The notes beneath the pieces are model-generated. The model was not told the DNA's origin. It saw only the letters and a program-made list of their open reading frames with translations, and made no database searches. From positions 44,516,001 to 44,580,000 of the forward strand of contig OZ024741.1 of NCBI GenBank assembly GCA_964016885.1: a stretch of 64,000 bases of DNA, in the 5' to 3' direction. Origin of the DNA: Eledone cirrhosa. Lineage: Eukaryota. Position 1 is the stretch's first letter; every line of letters starts with the position of its first letter. Of this stretch, positions 12,336 to 25,670 are shown piece by piece. The position numbers and the translations under genes were made by a program.

Positions 12336-12782
12336 AAACATGGCGCCGAGGTACTTGAATGTCTCTACCTTATTATCGTAATAAATACCTATCTAATATT
12401 ATTGTCGAGTGCCTCATGCTATAGCGACCGTAACAGAAATTAAAACCTTTAAATCTTTACATCCCTGAATGACGTACCACTACCGACCGAGGTAGGGGGA
12501 TTTTACCACACAACTAATCACGAAAACAGATTCTTTCATACGGAAAATGTACATACCACTTTGATAAGGGAGAAACTAAACACTAAATGACATAGAAACA
12601 CACATATCCTATAGTTATACAAACACTATCATCAGACTGTTGCCCGGGTATTGTAATGTAAACACCTCTTTAAGGGCAGGTATATCAGAAACGAAGCAAA
12701 CCTCATCTTTATTTCAGTTTGACCACTTGTCTGACGACAACGCGTTGAATAACTATTGAATAATGGCATTTCCATGACGTTT

Positions 12783-12910
<128 letters not shown>

Positions 12911-13732
12911 CATATACCATACATATCTAGTTATTAAAACAGACCACCAACTAATTTCGTATCTTTTGCATTGAAATTGTGTTATTGACCAATTCACAAA
13001 CAATGCAACGGAAGATCATCATGAACTAAAAGTGAATCGGTTAGCTTTGCGGGTTACCTCTAATGACTGATATGATACTTACACGATTTAATTACTAAAC
13101 ATACAGGTAATGCCTATTACAAGCATACCATACAATATATAAATTTGTCTATATTTCTGACCGGTTACCAAACCGTATCAATTACGTTACGTAGAGATAA
13201 TATAGCTTCTAAAAACGCGAGCCGATGGCTTCTGGTCTGTAACTAAGTTTCAAATAAACAGCAATTGAGCTTTGTTAGGAACAAGTTCGAAAACAATGTG
13301 ACAAAATTACTGACAGCACAAAATAAGTGTTAAATGTGATGCTGTTTTAACAGTTCATCATATACGTTTTAATCTTGAAATTATTTTTTAAGATATAATT
13401 GCAAAATATTTGTAATGATGTATGCATATTGTCGCCACAAAATTCAACACATGTATGCTTCGGAACAAAATGACTAAGGAATAAAATGTTTTAGAGGAAA
13501 AAAGCACGCTTAAAATTTGAAATGAAAGATACTAGTAAATTTTGCGTTAGATTATTTATGTGTATCATAATGGTTCCTATTAAAGAGAATCTATATATCA
13601 TCGTCATGAATTTATTAATTATTAATACAGAAACGTCACAGCCAGTTGTTTCTTGCTACGACAAGATTGATGGCATTTCAGTAACAAAATATTAAAAAAT
13701 TAATATATATTATATATCATATTATATCGTGT

Positions 13733-13774
<42 letters not shown>

Positions 13775-13789
13775 GGTGTGTGTGTGTGT

Positions 13790-13861
<72 letters not shown>

Positions 13862-14197
13862 CGATATAATATAATGTGACATTCATTTTATTTCAGGATC
13901 AAGGAATTATAGAAGATGGAGGTGAAATAAGTTACGAAATAAAGAGAGACGTTTCTAGGTTGCTGAGACAGCAGTGCCAAACATTGATGTCAGTGAATTG
14001 AAAGGCACAGCTACTTAAGGTAGTGCATTGGTGAATTTAAAACACCTACCTTATTTTGTGTCACATAAGAAAGTCAATGTTTCACCTGTCGGGATTTCAA
14101 AGCTCAACTCGTATATGAAGAATCACAAGGTAAAACACAGTTTTACGGTATCAATTTTTTTTTTCGTATGAGATGTTTACTTTGTGTACCTCTCCCT

Positions 14198-14432
<235 letters not shown>

Positions 14433-14519
14433 ATGCAATGAGAGCGTAGTAATATTCTCATATCAAACAATTCTAAAAGTTGTTTTTTAATTTCTGTCAA
14501 GGGGAGTGGTCAAACATTT

Positions 14520-14935
14520 TGTAAACACACCGAGCATTATAATAAATGTTCGGTGAATCCTTACGTACATATATATATGTGCATGTATGTATATACATAT
14601 ACATACTACTGTACGTCTGTATACATATATGTATGTACGTATACATACTTATATTTAAGTAACAGCCGTACTAAGAGTGAGAAATGAAATTTCGTTTCAT
14701 TTTTTCCGTTTATCGTTTTCGGTGCGCCCGGCAGATTAACTCACTCGATATGCAAATTAGGCTGCTCAGCCGTTAATATGCATAAGGAAAGTATATACTT
14801 TCAGACGTTCAATCATCTGGCAGGAAGGTATACGTTGCTGACGATAGCTAATAAGCTTGAAACTAGTACAGCGTTCCTTTGTCAGTGTTGAACAAATGAA
14901 CAACGATGGTTGCTAGACACTGTACGGCTTAATTC
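14520..14935 (+). mobile_element. Family A monomer, circularly permuted relative to 11121-11515
   Basis: The same blocks appear in rotated order. HHR at 14832-14874 and octamer at 14750. Confidence 0.8.
14832..14874 (+). ncRNA. Type I hammerhead ribozyme (family A, GUA triplet)
   Basis: acgttg-CTGACGA-t-agct-aata-agct-t-GAAA-ctag-TA-cagcgt. Stem I shows a G-U to U-G double change versus the 11213 copy. Confidence 0.85.
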
Positions 14936-15349
14936 AGAGTCAAATCTCTGAAGTAGAGTTTTAAATTACCAACCTTATAACTAATAGTTTGCTGACACGA
15001 ATCCAGTTCATTTCGCCACAGAAATGCGCAGTTTAACATCCACAGGTTCCTCAGTCAGCAAATGTGGATTCTGTTCACGACACATCTAACCTCATAGATA
15101 GAGAGAAAGCTAATATACACGCTGCCCAGAGTAGGGCGAAATCACGTGTTATTTGCATCAAATAACGGCTCTCATGGATTGGGGAAACTGCTAGAGGGAG
15201 CAGCCCAACCATTCGAGTTTATTAGCTCAAAGATTTGGAGCTCGTTAAGTATACGAGGATCGGAATTAAGAGTATTCCGCAGTTCACAGTAATAATAATA
15301 ATATTAGCTCAAAGAAGAATAGAGAATTTTCTTCTGAGCTCAAATACAA

Positions 15350-15477
15350 ATATATTACACAAAGAGAAGTGTGTTACACAGTGATATGTGTGTGAAGAAT
15401 TATTGTAACGGTTAAACTCACTTGTAATAATTCTTTACACACATCTCACTGTGTAACACACTTCTCTTTGTGTAATA

Positions 15478-15480
<3 letters not shown>
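15350..15480. repeat. Fold-back hairpin (~55-bp arms) next to (TA)n
   Basis: atattacacaaagagaagtgtgttacacagtga ... tcactgtgtaacacacttctctttgtgtaatat. Confidence 0.75.
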
Positions 15481-15509
<29 letters not shown>

Positions 15510-15621
15510 AAGAATTAGTATATCTACTAACATATATATACAGATGCAGACCTATGCCAGCAAATATATACGTTTTGTCTTAGTAACTTTGTGGTTCAAT
15601 GCAAGGGGATGCAGAACAATA

Positions 15622-15771
15622 ATATGAAAGACGTAAAATAAGAAAATTATAAAAATTAACTTACTTACTAAAATTTCACTCCAACTAATTAGTTTCTGAA
15701 AGGGAATAAGCAATGTTTCCGAAGAAATTTTAGTAAGTAAGTTAATTTTTATAATTTTCTTATTTTACGTC

Positions 15772-15779
<8 letters not shown>
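15622..15779. repeat. Fold-back hairpin with a degenerate HHR in the loop
   Basis: Arms of ~55 bp. The loop reads CTGAAAG-ggaa...ttcc-GAAG-aaattt. Confidence 0.6.
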
Positions 15780-15867
<88 letters not shown>

Positions 15868-16494
15868 CTAGGGCGGGTAAAATTCCCGAGATCCATGGAC
15901 GAGTTCGCTCCAGCGGTCTCTGCCCCTCATTATCGCTGCTATGTCCTGCGTTTCCAACAGACCAGTGACTGTCCCTAGGGCATCAACATACGCTAACCTT
16001 GGTCTTCCACTTCCAGTGTGTCCATGTAGCGGCTCCCACAGGAGCACTGAGTGCAATGTCAACTCTGGATGTCGGTAAGCATGTCCAGCTAACCTCAGTC
16101 TTCTCTGTGCCACTTTTGAGCTGACTCTTGGGAGTCTCCCAAGGAGCTCTGAGTTTTTCATCCTCAGTGTCTACTCTTTTTCTTGCACCACTGGAGAAAC
16201 ACCAGGACACTGGCTTTACTGTAGCATCGGCTCAGAGCAGGAGAGTTAAGGCGAAAAAGATATCAGATGCTGAATTTGCCGACGACGTAATTTTGGTGAC
16301 AAATACAGTGAAGGAGGCAAAGGATTTGATGCAGGAGGTTGAGACTGTGTCGATGAGTGTGGGGTTGAGAATGAATGAGACTAAAACAAAATATCTGGTA
16401 GAGAATGTTGTGAGGTTAGAGGGGATCAATAATGTAAGCGGGAAGCCGCTAGAATTGGTTGAGGACTTCCTGTATTTGGGAGCAAAGATTGGGA

Positions 16495-16497
<3 letters not shown>
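15868..16497 (-). mobile_element. RTE-like LINE insertion with an inverted 5' segment, inside (TA)n
   Basis: The 3' end is on minus at 15868-16161 (RRLRLAGHAYRH..LLWEP..GRPR). The RT core is on plus at ~16200-16497 ([25 protein letters not shown]). Confidence 0.75.
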
Positions 16498-16549
<52 letters not shown>

Positions 16550-16560
16550 TATATATATAT

Positions 16561-16630
<70 letters not shown>

Positions 16631-16902
16631 ATACACAAACATATACATACATATACATACATACATATACACACATACATACATACAAACACACACATAC
16701 ATATACATACACACACACACATACATATACACACATAAACACATACATACACATATATACAGATAGGTATATAAGTTCATGTATGTGTTTATGTGTGTAT
16801 ATGTATGTGTGTGTATATATGTATGTATAGGTATATGTATGTGTGTGTTTGTATGTATGGGTGTATGTGTATGTGTGTATACGTATGTATATGTTTGTGT
16901 AT

Positions 16903-16974
<72 letters not shown>

Positions 16975-17420
16975 AATCGAAATGTAATTGTAGAAATAGA
17001 TCAAATTGCCCTCTGCAAAATAATTGTCTGGATAGAAATTTGGTCTATAAATGCACCGTAAAAGCAAATAACATCAGATGCAACTATATTGGTGCAACTT
17101 CATCGACATTTAAATTAAGATTTTCGATTCATATATACTCTTTTTCGAATCTTAATAGAAAATCTTCGACTTCTTTTTCACAACTTATATGGTCGTTAAA
17201 AGACAAACATTTTAAAAACTCGATTTCTTGGTCGAAGCTGTATAATAGTCGAATATACTCGAATTCGTCAATAGCACCTAACTGCAACCTCTGTACTATG
17301 GAGACACTATTAATAATTAATAATTATGATAATCTAATTAACAAAAAAAGTGAAATTGCCTTCGTAAAGCTTCCTCTACATTCCAAGCCTCGCAAAAAGT
17401 CAGGAAAAAACACTAAATAA
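16975..17420 (+). pseudogene. PLE GIY-YIG endonuclease domain, 5'-truncated
   Basis: ORF 17040-17420 extends upstream in frame through a Cys-rich linker. Confidence 0.8.
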
Positions 17421-18833
17421 ATACGTTCTAATTTTTGACGTCTCGTATCAACTGAGTGCGTAAAATGTTATAATAATTTTTTTACTCATTTATGATATGA
17501 TTAATGTTAGATTAAGGGTTCTATATAAATATATTAACAGATAGATTGTTAACACGATCTCTTGATGAACATGCATATTTTTTGATTGTGTAGATACAAT
17601 TAATTTGATTGGGATTCTTGTATTTTTTAAATATATAGCTTATAGTGTTGAGAGTTGTAATGAACCGTAAACAATTCATGTTTTTATGTATTTATGTATT
17701 TATTCTTTTGGAGTATGTTAGTTTTAAGATTCAGGATGTTAGTTTTATATATTTTTTATTTGTTTATATATATTTATGGTATATACGTCGTACACGATCC
17801 TAGTCGACAAAACTTTTCCACTTAACTTGATGTTAAACTTCAATTATAACTTTACTAACAATCCTTTTATTATTTATTTATTATATGTATATGGATCGCT
17901 AATATCATCTTGAGTTCCCAACAGAATACTCTTTGGATAAATGTGAATATATGGTTTAATAACAGTCTTCTAGCTACATTTATAAGTACTTTAGATACTT
18001 AAGGACATTCTAGTGTTATAATTGTTAAATATTTTCTAAATTATATAACGAGAATTATTTTAATATAGGAAAATAATATACGATACTATAATTTAATATG
18101 GTTTACCTTCGTGTGGATGAAAATGCTAAGTTTCTTTCTCATGTTTGTAGATACTTTAAATATGATTTTATGAATTAAATATGTTAGTATACTTTAATAT
18201 TAATATAGACATTTATAAACTTTTATAGCCTGAAATATTATACCTTTAGATTAATCCATTATTCTGAACTAACATAAGGAATTCGGAATTTAACGGTCAG
18301 CCGGATAAGTTTGGATATATATACTGTATATAAATAATTGTTAGCATATTTCTAATTAATTGAGGACTCGAAATTAAACCCTCATATAATTACACCAGAT
18401 ATATTTAATATTTAGATAGATGGATAATTCAAGATAATTCAATGATTCGAGTTTACTCTTTCACAAAGCTATGCCCAAATGTATATTCATGTATTTATCT
18501 ATGCTTTATACTATAGAAAATATTCCCCTTTCTCTCTTTATCCTTGATCAATTCTCTTCTTCTTTCTATACTTCTAGTAACTATATTTTTTCCTCATCTG
18601 TTTCTCTCTGTCTTTCTTCTTTCTTCAATAATTTAAATTATTTGAATCTCTAAGAGTTATGTAAATTACTATGATGTATTTTTAAGCTTTCTCACACGCA
18701 CCCTCTGTATTATATGTAAATTTTGTCATGTCTCAATCTTAAGGTATATAAATATTGAGTCTTGTCATATCATATTCACTACCATGCCTGAATCTTAACC
18801 ATATACTGTGTCAGGGTATGTCATGCATCATCT

Positions 18834-18900
18834 TATTTTATCTGATGAGGACGTACTGTTGAAGATAGCTCAGTAGCTCTGAAATATGTATAATAAAATA
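18834..18900 (+). ncRNA. Type I hammerhead ribozyme (PLE 3' end)
   Basis: tattttat-CTGATGA-g...tactg...cagta...t-GAAA-tatgta-TA-ataaaata. Stem I is 8 bp and the triplet is AUA. Confidence 0.65.
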
Positions 18901-18983
18901 TACTTGATCACACGAATATCTATTTTTTTATATTTTTAATTAATATATATATATATGTATATATATATGTGTGTGTGTGTATA

Positions 18984-19017
<34 letters not shown>

Positions 19018-19018
19018 C

Positions 19019-19222
19019 AGTGGTGGAACACTGGAAGGTAATATCCATAGTGGTAGAGCACTCAGTCCAAGGGACGAGTTAGGTAGAAGTGGTTACACAA
19101 CAGTTTAGTTCACCATACCGAGAACAATTGTTTCACCTTAGCGGATCTTCCCGAGCTGAAAATCCGCTAAGTTGAAACAATTGTTCTCGGTATGGTGAAC
19201 TAACTGTTGTGTAACCACTTCT
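19019..19222. mobile_element. Family G fold-back element inside (TA)n
   Basis: Homologous to 31797-32046. HHR ccgag-CTGAAAA-tccgctaagtt-GAAA-caattg-TT-ctcgg at 19151-19190 has a mutated core. Confidence 0.75.
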
Positions 19223-19239
19223 ATATATATATATATGTG

Positions 19240-19294
<55 letters not shown>

Positions 19295-19524
19295 TTATAT
19301 ATATGTATAGATATGTATATATATATTAGTATGTAAATATATATGTATATATATGTATATATATGTGTATATATATATGCATGTGTATATGTATATGTGT
19401 GTGTATATATGCATATGTATGTGTGGATATGTGTATGTATGTGTGTATATGTGTGTATATGTGTATTGTGTATATATGTATATATATATATGTGTGTGTA
19501 CGCATGAATATGTATACACATATT

Positions 19525-19619
<95 letters not shown>

Positions 19620-19628
19620 GTGTATATA

Positions 19629-20713
19629 TCATTATCTATAAAAGGCAGATTGTTGTTGTTGTGTGTGTGTGTGCATGTTCCATGTTTATACATTTGCACA
19701 ACTTCAAACCGATTCGACTCAACGTCTGTAAGAATGTTGCAATGGTCTAACTTTGGTCAACGACTATTTATATCATTCAAACTCACCCACAATTATGGAA
19801 ATAATCGATAAAACTAAATACATGACGCTTTACCCTTCTAATAGAATCTGATTACCTCTGTCTACTCCCCTTAAAATTCGATAAAACTACATACATGCTT
19901 ACAAACCTTCTTTAGGAACGCCGAAGAGAGAGAGAGAGAACGTTTGGTTTTGAGTGTGGAACGGTCAAACATTTATTTACTTCTAATGACAAAGAGAACT
20001 TATTACATTTCATACGAAACAACAATTATTCAAAAGCAACGGATAAATTTATTCAACAACAAACAAAATAGCGATAAATATTTTTTAAAACCTCTCAACG
20101 AACGTGGAAGAAAGAAGTATCAGTTTATTTACTATACACAATAATATACTCTATGAGGTCACTAAACCTGCTAGAAACAGCAGCTAACTCTCCCCCATAT
20201 CACACCCCTCCCTACTGTCTTAAATTTAGAAAACATATCCTCTATGAGGTCACTAAACCTGCTAGAAACAGCAGCTAACTCTCCCCATATCACACCACTC
20301 CCTACTGTCTTAAATTTAGAAAACATATCCTCAATGAGGTCACTAAACCTGCTAGAAACAGCAGCTAACTCTCCCCCTATCACACCACTCCCTACTGTCT
20401 TAAATTTAGAAAACACACATTAGACAACCATACAGAACAAGTCCATCGCAGCACTGTTGTGCGGCTGGTATCGTGTACGCGCTTTTTGCGTAAGTACTGT
20501 GAAACAATACATTTCAACACTTCTTTGCACAGAGATAATATCCATAGGCGAAACTACAATTGTCACTGCTGGAGCAGCTCCTGCTTCGGCAGTCCAGGTT
20601 TGCAATTCATTCACCCAGTGCCTGACAGACAAAAAAGTGCTACCATAAAATGGGTGTTGCAACCTAACTTTGGTAACTTACTGACCCCGAGCATCGCCGG
20701 GGTTTAATGCTAG
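19629..20713 (+). mobile_element. Non-autonomous Helitron
   Basis: 5' TC (tcattatctataaaaggcag followed by a GT-rich repeat). 3' hairpin ccccg-agcatcgc-cgggg, then CTAG. Inserted between A and T, no TSD. Confidence 0.7.
20149..20415 (+). repeat. ~90-bp minisatellite, 3 copies, inside the Helitron
   Basis: Units start at 20149, 20240 and 20330. Confidence 0.9.
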
Positions 20714-20995
20714 TATATATATATACAGGTATGTGTATATGTGTATATATATATGTGTATATATATATATATATACATATATGTATGTGTGTGTATATAT
20801 ATGTATATATATATATATACATATGTGTGTGTATATGTATATATATGTATGTATGTATGTGTGTGTATATATAGGTATATATATATATATAGTTATATAT
20901 ATGTATATATATGTATATATATATATATATACATGTATGTATGTGTGTGTATATATATATGTATAAATATGTATATATGTGTATATATGTATATA

Positions 20996-21072
<77 letters not shown>

Positions 21073-21076
<4 letters not shown>

Positions 21077-21343
21077 TTTACGTATCGAGAAAGAGAAAAA
21101 AAGGGGGGATAGGTGATACATATAGTTATTTGCCAAGTAGCGTATGCCAAAGATGCTCGATACTAGTGCCGGCAGTATTAAATATTCGAAGTGTTAATAT
21201 TTAGTGGGCTAGAGAGTTAGCAGAGCGTAAGCACGTGGGAGAGTAAAAAATCAGAGAATAGACCGTTAAAACATGTTTATTTAAAATATCACCTACGTAC
21301 GTTTCGCCCAGTTGGGCTTCTCAAGGGCATAAATAATCACAAG
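21073..21343 (-). mobile_element. Family E pseudo-LTR-like element with a UUGAGAA hammerhead
   Basis: Close to 63698-63955. Its minus-strand 3' end abuts (TA)n. Confidence 0.75.
21288..21330 (-). ncRNA. Hammerhead ribozyme, U3-A8 core variant (family E)
   Basis: gccc-TTGAGAA-gccca-ac-tgggc-GAAA-cgtacg-TA-ggt. Stem III is palindromic and stem I is weak. Confidence 0.7.
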
Positions 21344-21566
21344 TGTTCCTTATATTGCTCGGAAAGAGTTTTGGGGGTTAAATCCACATCAAGGTTCATT
21401 GCTCACAAAAATATCTTGTTTTGATTTTGCAGCAGGTCACGGGAGGTAACTCTGGCCGGTGTTAGGGCAGTCTTTTCCGGACAAATTATATCGGCCTTAA
21501 CAACTCCCTGGCAGCATCCAATAGTGTTGGCAACGGATCCGCATCCGCAACCAGAATGACCGCGAA

Positions 21567-22160
21567 ATGACTGGGGAACATGCAGAACATGACGTGCGGA
21601 ATAACAATCGCACCACCCCGCGTGCTGTTGGTTGTAATTGTGCTAACGACAGCCGCGATAGCGTAGGTAACAACGTAGGCAGCAACAATGATAGCCTTAC
21701 CGTGGTAAATAGACGGAACCGCGACAGAAATTGCAACTGCCGCGACAGAGGATGCTGCCCCCTTAGAAGATACTGCTTGACTGATAGGGTTATATATAGA
21801 TGCACTATTACTAGCCACAATAGCGTTAAACATTATATAGGGGCCACCTCCGGCCCGTTCAAAATTAGGTTTCGAACACATCTCCACTCTTTCACAAATA
21901 GAAAACTAAGGCACTCGACTTCGCTCGCGGACTACATCACATCACTAAAGGACTTAAACATCAGCTTCTCCACGCACTGGGAGATTGTCCGCAGGGCTGC
22001 ACCGTACAACTTCAAGAGGAAATGCGATCTTTGCCTCATGGAGCTCTACCACATCATAACTGCACCCCACGAGCTCATCAACAGCAGAGCTGAAACAGCG
22101 ATGAGTTGTACACATCGCTTAATAATATCCTTCTTCAGATGGGTTAAGGATGAAGAGTGA
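21567..22160 (+). CDS. PLE-type GIY-YIG endonuclease ORF with Cys-rich linker; open frame, no RT upstream
   Basis: CNCRDRGCCPLRRYCL..VIYRC..HYIGATSGPFKIRF..H..SF..STSLADY..CDLCLME..LINSRAE..CTHR. Confidence 0.75.
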   Translation: MTGEHAEHDVRNNNRTTPRAVGCNCANDSRDSVGNNVGSNNDSLTVVNRRNRDRNCNCRDRGCCPLRRYCLTDRVIYRCTITSHNSVKHYIGATSGPFKIRFRTHLHSFTNRKLRHSTSLADYITSLKDLNISFSTHWEIVRRAAPYNFKRKCDLCLMELYHIITAPHELINSRAETAMSCTHRLIISFFRWVKDEE

Positions 22161-22194
22161 AATAGTACACTGAATCTCCCTGCAACAAGTCTTA

Positions 22195-22693
22195 GTGCCA
22201 ACTACAGCAGGGCAGGTGGTCAAGCAAATATACTAGGGAGGGGGAGGGGGGAGTCGAAACAATAAGTAAATCGACTTCCTCCCCCTCCCCCTCCCTAGTA
22301 TACTTGCTTGACCTCCTGCCCTGCTGTAGTTGGCACTATCAACGCACGACTGGGTTTCCTCCACTCCCTCTCCCTCTTTCTTCTACTGGCAGGTTCAGCT
22401 ACCTCTTCCTTCCACAAATTGCCATGATAGAATTATGTGTCTCAACAACAAACGTTTGACCAATCCTTGTGACAATCACTTTTACCATATATGGAATTAC
22501 CCCCTGAGAAGCTCGGCTATTCATATACCGGGATAAAAATGTTCATTTAGTTCAGAATTAGCCGTCGAAACGGCTTGAGCTCAGCCGTCGGGGTCCTACT
22601 CGTTCCTATTACCCACCCTACTACCCTAAGTATTGAGTACTTTGGTGCGTTATGGTCCAATGGTCCACCTGGGTTCTTACCACATTTCCTTCG

Positions 22694-22695
<2 letters not shown>
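22195..22695 (+). mobile_element. Family D 3' module with a 5' inversion (22195-22258 vs 22270-22337)
   Basis: Homologous to 41100-41492. HHR at 22499-22594. Ends in (TA)n. Confidence 0.8.
22499..22594 (+). ncRNA. Hammerhead ribozyme (family D, CUGAGAA core in this copy)
   Basis: acccc-CTGAGAA-gctcggcta...tagccgtc-GAAA-cggct-tgagctc-agccg-TC-ggggt. Confidence 0.65.
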
Positions 22696-22772
<77 letters not shown>

Positions 22773-22776
22773 TATA

Positions 22777-24060
22777 TAGGAACAAGTATGACCCCGACGG
22801 CAGAGCTCAAGCCGTTTCGACGGCTAATCCTGGACTAAATAAGAATGTTTAGCCTGGTTAATAAATAGCCGAACATCTCAGGGGATAATTCCTTATATGG
22901 GAAGATAGTAATTGTCCAAAGGGATTGGTCAAAAATGTGTTGCAAAGACAGATAAATCTATCGTGGCATTTGGTGGGAGGTAGGGGTGGCTGAACTAGCT
23001 GGTAAAAGAGGGAGTGGGAGAAACCCAGTGAAGCGTTGAAATTGAAATCTATACAGCAGATTCTAAGGATAGTGTATATAAGGTCGAAAAAATTGTGCTG
23101 GAGAAGAGGAAGGGTGGGGGAGTTGAAAGAATAGGTAAATCGAAAGGGAGTAAAAAAAAATATTTTTAAAATAAACAAATAAATATATAAAAACAATTTC
23201 TCATTGGTGTTGCTAAGCTATAGAAAATTTAATAGGTGGAGAATGGGAAAAATACTAAATACGAGATTGTAGTGAAAGAATTTTATAAAGCCGTCTTTAC
23301 AGGGGGTCTAACACCGCTGCTATATATAGTTAGTAATCAGCCAATGCTATCTTACAATGACAGGTTAATAAGTTGAGAACAAAAATACTAAAATACTACC
23401 ACAAAAATATTAATACAAAATATTAATACAAAAATACTAATACAAAAATACTAATACAAAATACTCATACAAAAATACCACTAAGAAATTTAGAAACCAT
23501 AGAAATGGAGCAGCAACCAGAAATAAAAAAATGTACACATCTGCTATAAAAAGCGTAATCGGCCAATTCTATCTTAAAATTAGGTTGGAGGGGGTACTGA
23601 GGCTACAGAGGACCGATGGGATGCATCGAGGTAGGTGAAAGGTGAAAAAAAGACGAGGAAGGAGATCTAGGGTGGAAGGACTAGGAAGAGATGGGGGGAA
23701 GAAGGAAACATAGAGGAAAAGATAAAAAAGTTGCGTCTACTTTTGTAAGCAGGGGTTACCTCTTATAAAATCGGCAAGTGGGGGTATCAGCCCTTGTCTA
23801 CCCCCGGGTCATTATGGGGTTTGAGGGCGAGGTAAGTCTTACGCAATCTGTGTTTGCATGCGGTTACCAGTACGTCTTTCTTGTTTAGGAGTTGGTCCTT
23901 CGAAAACAGCATTTGAAATGTTTCCTCCGAGCATAAGTTACACGGTCGGCGTCCTCCCGTGTAAGAGTTAGCTCTGGACAGTAAGCTCCAAGTTAGATTG
24001 TAGGTTATATTATTATCGTTGGGGTCCCATTTTATGTCTATGCCATCTTTCCTTGAAAAG
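22777..24060 (-). mobile_element. Family D PLE: GIY-YIG C-terminus, ~1-kb 3' UTR and HHR
   Basis: ORF 23787-24060 (YNLTWSLLSRANSYTGGRRPCNLCSEE..LLNKK..CKHR). The 3' UTR is homologous to 40340-41400. HHR at 22791-22885. Confidence 0.8.
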
Positions 24061-24372
24061 ATGGCGTAGTCATACAATACAACAGGAGGAAACAAAATAG
24101 CACTACTGACGATGTTGCAGATGAAAGAACTTTGTCGACTATATATATGTGTCTATATTATATCTGTAGTTTTGACCGTTGGTCAGTCATTGGTAAACAT
24201 TGAGGACCGAATAAATTAACTGATATAAAAGATACAGAAGCAAAAACCAACCAAAAAGTGAGTGTGCTCTGTTATTATTTCTGGAAATATTATTACAACT
24301 TTATGACCCTCCCCAAGTATAACAATATTTGTTTCGACACACGATTTCATATAAAAAACCTCGCAAAACAAA
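24061..24372 (+). mobile_element. Solo pseudo-LTR related to the 4308-6460 PLE
   Basis: Shares tgaccctccc..ataacaatat..tttcgacacacgatttcatata with 6380-6430 and 44580-45203. Truncated CTGACGA..GAAA core. Confidence 0.7.
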
Positions 24373-24450
24373 TATATATATATATATAATAAATATACTT
24401 AATTGCAACAACACAGCTCGCCATGTTTGATTCATATATATATATATATA

Positions 24451-25241
<791 letters not shown>

Positions 25242-25461
25242 GAAATGCTCGGATCTATTGATTGGAATCTTTGAGCTTATTCTACAGTGGATATGGCGCA
25301 TGTCCCTCAGACATGACAACCCTTAATTTAATTTTGGATGTATATATATATTTATACACGCACACAGTGTGCATTTCATGGATATTACCCATTGTCAACA
25401 GTCGTTTGCATCGCCCCGCACTCCTGAATGACAATATCTTCTTTCACCATTTTGTACTTTC

Positions 25462-25670
25462 ATTATTTTGGCTAAGTTTCATCCTTACGGGGTCGATAAA
25501 ATAAAGTACCAGTAATGCACTGGGTAATTGCTGGCCTTGTGCCTAAAGTAGAAACAATTATTTTGGCTAAGTTTAACGTTGAACACAGCGGGATTTAAAC
25601 TCGAAACTTTAAGACTCAGAGCATACAGGGCGAAAGAATTTCGCCTATGCTTTACCGTTTCTGCTAATCT
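25462..25670. mobile_element. 5'-truncated SINE (+, 25480-25560) with an 18-bp TSD, beside an older minus-strand SINE piece (25575-25670)
   Basis: attattttggctaagttt is duplicated at 25462-25479 and 25557-25574. Confidence 0.7.

Larger units (their letters stand above)
16972..18942 (+). mobile_element. 5'-truncated PLE: GIY-YIG coding end, long AT-rich 3' region and HHR
   Basis: Starts at (TA)n with CNCRNRSNCPLQNNCLDRNLVYKC..YIGATSSTFKLRF..H..CNLC..E..LINKKSE. HHR at 18834-18900. Ends at (TA)n. Confidence 0.75.

Noticed and set aside
12460-12540. CTGAATGA...GAAA hammerhead-like spacing
   Set aside because: No supporting stem I or III pairing.
13899-13925. Micro-exon candidate after ttttatttcag
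   Set aside because: The donor is weak and there is no other support.
20171-20416. ORF with a 30-aa repeat (MFSKFKTVG...)
   Set aside because: It is the translation of the 90-bp minisatellite inside the Helitron.
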